Shown in pieces: positions 56,418 through 64,000 of a stretch of DNA of 64,000 nucleotides; position 1 is the first letter of the stretch, and each line of letters begins with the position of its first letter. This stretch comes from Octopus vulgaris (taxonomy: Eukaryota). The stretch covers positions 2,976,001 through 3,040,000 of the forward strand of contig OX597823.1 of NCBI GenBank assembly GCA_951406725.2, read 5' to 3'. The notes beneath the pieces are model-generated. The model saw nothing but the letters and a program-made list of their open reading frames with translations. It did no database searches and was not told the origin of the DNA. The translations under genes were made by a program, and so were the position numbers.

Positions 56418-57654
56418 AACATACGATTTCACATCAAGAACCTCGCAAACCAAATACAAAAAACGAAGAAACAGACATTTTTTTAATATATATACGCACA
56501 ATCGGTGAGTGTAGATACAAACATTTTTATTCAGTTTAGAACTGGCGGAAGAGTTCTTTATTGAAGAAAAACAGCTCAAAAGTGAACAAACATGACAAAA
56601 TATAAGAGAATAACAAAATTATCGAAATGTCAGGCTGCGAATGTTAGCCACTGTTCTGCTTAATGTAGAAAAAGAAATATTATTAAAAACAACTGATGCT
56701 GAGAAAAACATGGTGAGATAATATTTCTAAAACAAGAAATATAAAATACGACATTTAAAGATGCCTGAAAGCATAATGAAAAAAACATTGAGAAACTAAA
56801 CAGAGATTACGTTAGCTGCTGTTGTGACAAATATAGACGGCCATTTTGACAGAAAACAACGACGCACAAAGAGGTAGAAATTCTAAATAAATGCAAATAG
56901 TGACTGAGGAAGATAAAGAATTTGGAAGAAATAAAACAAACTATCTGAAGAAATCAAAATGAAATCTGAAGTAAAACGTAGAGAAGACTGCAGAAATAGC
57001 ACAGATGCCGAAAATAGGTATACATATATGCATACATACACACACGTATATACATACACACATGCATACATACATACACACACACACACACGTACATACA
57101 TACATACATCATACACACACGTACATACGTACATACCTGCATACACACATGCGTACATACATCATACACACACGTACATACGTACATACATCATACACAC
57201 ACGTACATACGTACATACATCATACACACACGTACATACGTACATACGTACATACGTACATACCTGCATACACACATGCGTACATACGTACATACATCAT
57301 ACACACACGTACATACGTACATACATGCATACACACATGCGTACATACATACATACTTTCATACAAATCGGGAAAAATTGGCCATGATGCAAAACTCAAT
57401 TCTCTCCTTTACCATAATTCTTCTTTCTCAGCAAAATCTGTTTTGTGTTTTATAAAAACATATAAAACAGCAGCGATATTGTTGTCATAATAACGGTTTC
57501 CGAGGCTCAAGGGGCCAGGGGTGGGGATCTCAGTACTTGACTGATGTTATATTCTAATGAAAAACAAAATTGAACTCAGCGGGATTAATGTAGAAAAAAT
57601 GTTGCAAGTTATTGTTTTTTTCCTCACTTCCGTTGTACGTCACACACCACAATT

Positions 57655-57870
57655 TCCTTTTCTACTCTAGGCACAAGGCTCGAAATTTGGGAGGAGAGGG
57701 GCCAGTCGATTAGATCGACCCCAGTACGCAACTGGTAATTAATTTACCGACATCGAAAGGATGAAAGGCAAAGTCAACCTCGGCGAAATTTGAACTCAGA
57801 ATGTAGCGGCTGACGAAATACCGCTGAGCATTTCGCCCGGTGTGCTAACGTTTCTGCCAGCTCGCCGCCT
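57655..57870 (-). mobile_element. SINE family A
   Basis: Multi-copy match. Confidence 0.87.
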
Positions 57871-58132
57871 TGACATACCATAATTTCGACGAAAGCCATG
57901 TTGCAGCCGTTGACGACATCAACAAACGTTTCAACTCTGTCTGCCATTAGAATCTCTGAGTTTCATTTGCTCTCTATTCTCACGTCACCGTCCATTTCTC
58001 ATCTCGTGCGTCGGGTGCTTCCTAGAGACTGCACCATTACACTTTGTTATGACAGGTCTTTCTCCATCCCTTAAATCTTGCCAACCTGAATCTTTCCTTT
58101 CTGTCTCTTTTACTTTTCCTTCTTTGGGTTGG

Positions 58133-58345
58133 GTTCTAATTTCGGCACAAGATCGGTAATTTCCGGGGGAGGACTTAAGTCGATTACATTGACCCCCAGT
58201 GCTCAACTGCTACTTATTTTATCGACCCCGGAAGGATGAGAGGCAAAGTCAACCTCGGCGGAATTTGAACTTTGGACTTAAAGACGAACGAAATGCCGCT
58301 AAGCATTTTGACCGACGCGCAAACGATTCAACCCAGCTCGCTCCC
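58133..58345 (-). mobile_element. SINE family A
   Basis: Multi-copy match. Confidence 0.82.
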
Positions 58346-58466
58346 TTATCGCTACACATAATTATATAGAAATATTTCGCTCTCCTCCGCATTTTCATGG
58401 ACGATACACAGGTAAAATCCTCAGAGTCGCTAAAATGATGATAATTCATAGCGAACTTATATAACA

Positions 58467-58791
58467 GGTACTCGGTCGGTTACGACGACGAGTCTTCCAT
58501 TTGACACGATCAGCAGGACAGCCTGCTCGTGAAATTAACGTGAAAGTGGCTGAATACTCCACAGGCACGTGTTCCCTTAACGTAGTTCTCAGGAAGATTC
58601 AGCGTGACACACAGAATGTGACAAAGCTGGCCCCTTTGAAACACGGGTATAATTCGTTTTTGCCAGCTGAATGGACTGGAGCAACGAGAAATAAAGTGTC
58701 TTGCTCAAGGACACAACGTACCTCCTAGGTATCGAACTCACAACCTTACGATCGTGAGTCTATTAGCCTAACCATTAAATCACGCGCTTTC
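58467..58791 (-). mobile_element. SINE family D with TSD
   Basis: TSD agcgaacttatataaca on both sides. Confidence 0.88.
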
Positions 58792-59408
58792 ACAGCGAAC
58801 TTATATAACAATGTAAAAACTGCATCTCAAAAGCAACTCTCTCTCCAAGCATCGACCCTCCTCTCATCATTTTTACTGTCTCATTAACAGCATCTTTTCA
58901 CGACTATTCCACCCGAACAAGTCTTCTCTAACAAGTCTACTCCATCTATTCTACCCCGATTGCCACCATTTTCCTATAAAAATAGATGCTACCACACAAA
59001 CCTCCTGTGCCCTACATCACCATACAGGACACAGTGAAACCTTTTCAAAAATCTTTTGAAACGTGAGTTATAAAAGGCTGACCCCGTCAGTGATTCGATT
59101 CATTATGAGGACTCCATTGCTACTTGGTTGAGAACACTTTTGACGACGATCTGCAGATGAAATGACTGAGATATAAAACATCCTTATCTTTTATCTGCGT
59201 TGCGTGACAAAAAAAAAAACCTTTATCCATGGGCTTTGCAGGGTTATGTAAAAGACAGTAAGGTTAATTGAAGTCAGATGGATTGGTAAACATGAAACAA
59301 TCATGAGCAAAAATACACTCAGCATTATTGTTCAGTATTTATCGTTAACACAGTTAAATTAACTGCACGTAATTATCCGCACATCAGAAGTACAAGACGT
59401 CTTGAGTG

Positions 59409-59457
<49 letters not shown>

Positions 59458-59494
59458 AAACTTGTAAATGAAGACCAAAGCATCGTTAAATTGA

Positions 59495-59583
<89 letters not shown>

Positions 59584-60375
59584 GGGAGTGGCGCACACAC
59601 TGTGCAAAAACCGTCTGTTAATTCCACCACTAGATTTTTTTTCTCAACTGGCTGAGGGCTTCGTCGTGTAAAACATTATTTCCGTCTGGGCTGAGGAGAA
59701 TAATGAGATGTGAAAAACGATTCAGATGAACTCGATCAACCCAGAAAAAAAAAAAAAGAAAATGGAAAAGTGGAATAAAATAAAGCGAAATATTAATGGA
59801 CAGACAGAATCGTCAAGTAACAACCGACCGCCAACTGAACAATTGAAGGAAGTAAACAAATTTAAATATAATCACTTTCTCGATAAATAAAAAATTTCAA
59901 CAAAAATAAATCAAGAAACCAAATTGCCTCATTTTTTTTTGTTTTTTGTTTGTGATCGATAATATTGAACATTATATGGCAAAGCAATTCTATCTGTTTT
60001 CCTGTGAAATTCAGATTATAAAAGTGACTTCGGTTTTTCATTCTCCTCCCAGGGTTCGGGGTGGGGTTGACAAACCCCTTTCTTTGTATTTGTCAACCTT
60101 TTCCTGGTGATATGCCTTTCCTTTCTCTGCCTTCCTCATTCTCTCTCTTTCTCTCTTTTATTCTCTTCCGTCTTTCCTTACTTTCTCTCTTTTTCCAGAA
60201 GTCCGCAGTGTGTGCGTGTTTGTGTGTAGGGGGGGGGCGCAAATATATAGTATGATATATAGTATATACAGGTGCACACAAGTACACATACATATCTTAC
60301 GCATACGCACCGACGTACATAAATACATTCATATATACATTTACATATACATACACACATACAAACATACATACA

Positions 60376-61875
60376 TTGATGTGAAAACCCCAAAAATACT
60401 AACAAACACACATAATTTCCCCATAAACAATGACGGAGACCGCCTCAACCTAAAACGAAAACATGGTGGCAGAGGCTTAACATCGATCCAAAATGCCTTT
60501 GAATGTCGCATCATATCTCTTCGGCAACATCTTTTAACCACCAAGTGTCGAAGTGCATCCCTTGACCAAGTTTGCATACTTGAGGCTGATAATATCATAA
60601 GACTTGGAGCCACATTATTTCAAAACCTAGAATACATGCTCAAAGAAGCCTCACGTCTCTACCGCAACGTATCATCAGATGAAAGGATGAGACTATAAGA
60701 GCAGAAGACTATGCATGAATATGTTAGTAGAAAGCTCCGTGGTGATAGTAACATCGGTCATCAAAACAGTTTATCATGGACGAATAGCTGGATTAATACC
60801 TCCCACTTTGAAGGGTTTGCAATCCTGGAACAGGAAATATCAAACAAGTACCTGATGCACAAAAGGAAAAGCCGTAAAATGTGACAACCAATGCAGACTT
60901 TGTGGAGTTCACACTGAAGATATCACCCACATCATAAGAAAATGTCCGAAAATGTCATCACGGTATTATCTACCGATGAGACATGATGTTGTAGCTAGGA
61001 CACTCTATAATGAAATTTGTCGGAAGGATAACCTCGAGGAAAAAGAAATAACAACCCACAATATTAATAGAAGCCATAGCCACTCGTAATAAAAAGGAAA
61101 ACTGGTGGAACATACCAGTGAAAACCTCAATAAAATGTAAGCACAACAGACGTGATATAATGATTCAGGATAGAGAAGAGAAACTGTGCACAGTTGTGGA
61201 AATTAACTGCCCAGCAGACGTTAACATGAAGCTGAAGATCAGTGAAAAAGAGAACACTTATGCTGAACTATTGAGAAATCTGCAGTTACTCTATCCAGAT
61301 TACAGGTTCAGGTTTATACCTGTAATTATTGGAGCCCTGGGATATGTAACACACTGCTTAAATACCAATCTTGAGAAATTAGGCTTCTCAAAACCAGAAA
61401 AGAGAAAGCTAATTCGAAGACTACAGATCCAGTCCATCACTGGAACTGTAAAAATCTGTAAAACATTCCAGAAGTTTATCATTTTAATATATATGAGCAT
61501 GTCTTGGTATGTAACTATATGCATGAGGATACAAACATAAAACATACAAATCAGCAGATACATATACATACATACATACATACATACATACACACATACA
61601 TACATACATACATACATACATACATACATACATACATACATACATACATACATACATACATACATACATACATACATACATACATACATACATACATACA
61701 TACATACATACATACACACACACACATACATGCATACATACATACATACATACATACATACATACAAAAATACCCTGTTGTTGAAGTTGAAATTCCAATG
61801 AAGGAACCTTGGATCTAGGTTAGAAACCAGTTCTTTCTCTATTGGCAAGAAATCTTGAAATAAACTGAATAATGA
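60376..61875 (+). mobile_element. 5'-truncated RLE-type (R4/Dong-like) LINE in (TACA)n, frameshifted
   Basis: IDVKT..DRLNLKRKHGGRGL; CRLC..EDITHIIRKC..RHD; HNRRDI..VEINCPAD..KENTY; 3'UTR contains an internal (TACA)n. Confidence 0.88.
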
Positions 61876-62330
61876 CATATATACATACATACACACATAT
61901 ATACATACGTACGTACGTACATAGTCAAGAGCGATAGAGTTACCCAGGGGTAGGACATGTGACCAACCACGAGACAAAATTATTTAACGTTCTTTTAATC
62001 ATTTCCCTAATACCATAAAAATCAAATCTCATTTTATAATTGTTGTTTATCGCAAAACTTTCTCAAATTATTCCTTTAACGATCTCTTTTCAAAGTGCTC
62101 AGTCTCCTGTGACGAATCGGTAGTCGCTGGCATCTAGGGTACCAAAACAAACTGTGGCGTTATAATCCCCTTTCTGGCGCTGGACAATCACACAAAGTTT
62201 CGCCTTGTTTATACTAAAACATATTTGTTTTAGACATAATCGCTTTATTACTGAAACGTGAAATTAATGAATGCTGGGGATAATTTGGTATATTGCGCCT
62301 AATCGAATATTTCAGGTAATGTGAAAGAAG

Positions 62331-62612
62331 TGGAGGCGCAATGGCCCAGTGGTTAGGGTAGCGGAATCGCAAGCGTTGTGTATGATTATTGAGCGAAAAC
62401 ACCTAAAGCTCCACGAGTCTCCGGCAGGGGCTGGTGGTGACCCCTGTTGTACTCTTTCGCCCCAACTTTCTCTCAGTCTTTCTTCCTGTTTCTTGAGTAA
62501 CTCTGCGATGGATTGGTGTCCCATCCAGCTGGGGGGGGGACACATACGCCACAGAAACCGGGAAACTGGGCCCATGAGCCTGGCTAGGCTTGAAAAGGGC
62601 GCATAAATAAAA
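62331..62612 (+). mobile_element. SINE family C head with a different tail
   Basis: Head as at 43801; tail ends gggcccatgagcctggctaggcttgaaaagggcgca. Confidence 0.8.
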
Positions 62613-62936
62613 AATGTGAAAGAAATAAAGCCAGAGAACTTGCCTGACAACAGCGCCACCTGAAGCCGCTGCTTCAAGCAAGAACGGTTTCTCAACGCCT
62701 TCCATTTGGAAACCAACTAAACCATTCAAGTAGTCGCCTATAAGATTCTGACCTGCACTCAAGCATCCATTTTTTTACAACTACTCCAACAGCAATGTCT
62801 TCGCATGTCAGACTAAAGAATCTCGAATGATCGGCTGTAATAGGGGCAGATCGCAGGTAAGAGCGCACAAGGCTGGCTCCATCTTTATTTCAAAGCTAAC
62901 TATTAGAGAAGCATAAAATCACTGAACCTGTATATT

Positions 62937-63048
62937 CTTTTCTACTCTGGGCACAAGGCCCGAAATTTTAGGGGAGAGAGCCAGTCGACTAGATCGATCC
63001 CAGTACGCAACTGGTACTTAATTTATCGTCCCCGAAAGGATGAAAGGT
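62937..63048 (-). mobile_element. SINE family A 3' fragment
   Basis: Matches 57655-57770. Confidence 0.8.
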
Positions 63049-63276
63049 GACTGAACATGTATTCTGAAAAGTAACTGGATATGGGGGTTGATTGCTCTCG
63101 CTGGAGGTGAGAACTAAAATGGGGTCTCAAAAGAAAAAGGAGCAAGCTGATATTTGCTGAAAAAGAAAAAGGGCATTCGAGGGGAAAAAAAGGCAGCACC
63201 AATAGCAGACAGTACCTTCAAAGGCGGCCGCGGCATTCGGGGCTTTAATTCTGCATGGGTCTACAATCGCAACTGT

Positions 63277-63657
63277 GGGGGCGCAATGGCCCAGTGGTTA
63301 GGGCAGCGGACTCGCGGTCGTAGGATCGCGGTTTCGATTCCCAGACCGGGCGTTGTGAGTGTTTATTGAGCGAAAACACTTAAAGCGCCATGAGGCTCAG
63401 GCAAGGGATGGTGGTGAACCCTGCTGTACTCTTTCATCACAACTTTCTCTCACTCTTTTTTCCTGTTTCTGTTGTACCTGTAATTCAAGGGGCCAGCCTT
63501 GTCACACTCTGTGTTACACTGAATCTCCCTGAGAACTACGTTAAGGGTACACGTGTCTGTGGAGTGCTCAGCCACTTACACGTTAATTTCACGAGCAGGC
63601 TGTTCCGTTGATTCGGATCAACCGGAACCCTCGTCGTCGTAACCGACGGAGTGCTTC
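63277..63657 (+). mobile_element. SINE with C-type head and D-type tail
   Basis: Head matches 43801; tail matches 32270-32437. Confidence 0.85.
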
Positions 63658-63826
63658 CATCCCATCCACAATCGCAACAGGTGTGACTCTAGTAACAGAA
63701 ACGAATAAAGGTATTTCTGATGCACATCTCATGGGATCACGACACTGATACCACGCACGCTCGCACACACACACACACACATACACACACACACACACAC
63801 ATACACACACACACACACGCTTGCAT

Positions 63827-63884
<58 letters not shown>

Positions 63885-64000
63885 CCGTACAGAGAACGGA
63901 TGTATAAACATTAAAAGATAAATTCAGGGAAATTAAGAAGTCTAATTCATAACAGGTCGTTAAACTGCAAAAACACACGACAATACATCGGGGCCGGACC

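Noticed and set aside
62651-62666. CTCF-like motif cagcgccacctgaagc
   Set aside because: Single imperfect match, expected by chance in 64 kb

Overview
AT-rich, microsatellite-saturated eukaryotic DNA. The SINE repertoire points to a coleoid cephalopod (Octopus-like), which is my inference from sequence recognition, not a database result. I see no convincing host protein-coding gene; nearly all ORFs in the track are translated microsatellites. The window is a transposon landscape: R4/Dong-type RLE LINE fragments, CR1/Jockey-group LINE 3' ends, Penelope-like (PLE) remnants, Tc1/mariner elements, two non-autonomous Helitrons and at least 25 tRNA-headed SINE copies. Best leads: (1) non-coding inverted-repeat elements in (TA)n carrying type I hammerhead ribozyme motifs, complete at 18.3/18.6 kb and 49.0/49.9 kb and partial elsewhere; (2) a tRNA-headed SINE with a hammerhead in its 3' part (25963-26489); (3) a full-length 5S rRNA copy fused to a LINE-type 3' tail (SINE3 candidate, 1981-2180). 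Coordinates were read by eye, and boundaries of degenerate elements are approximate.
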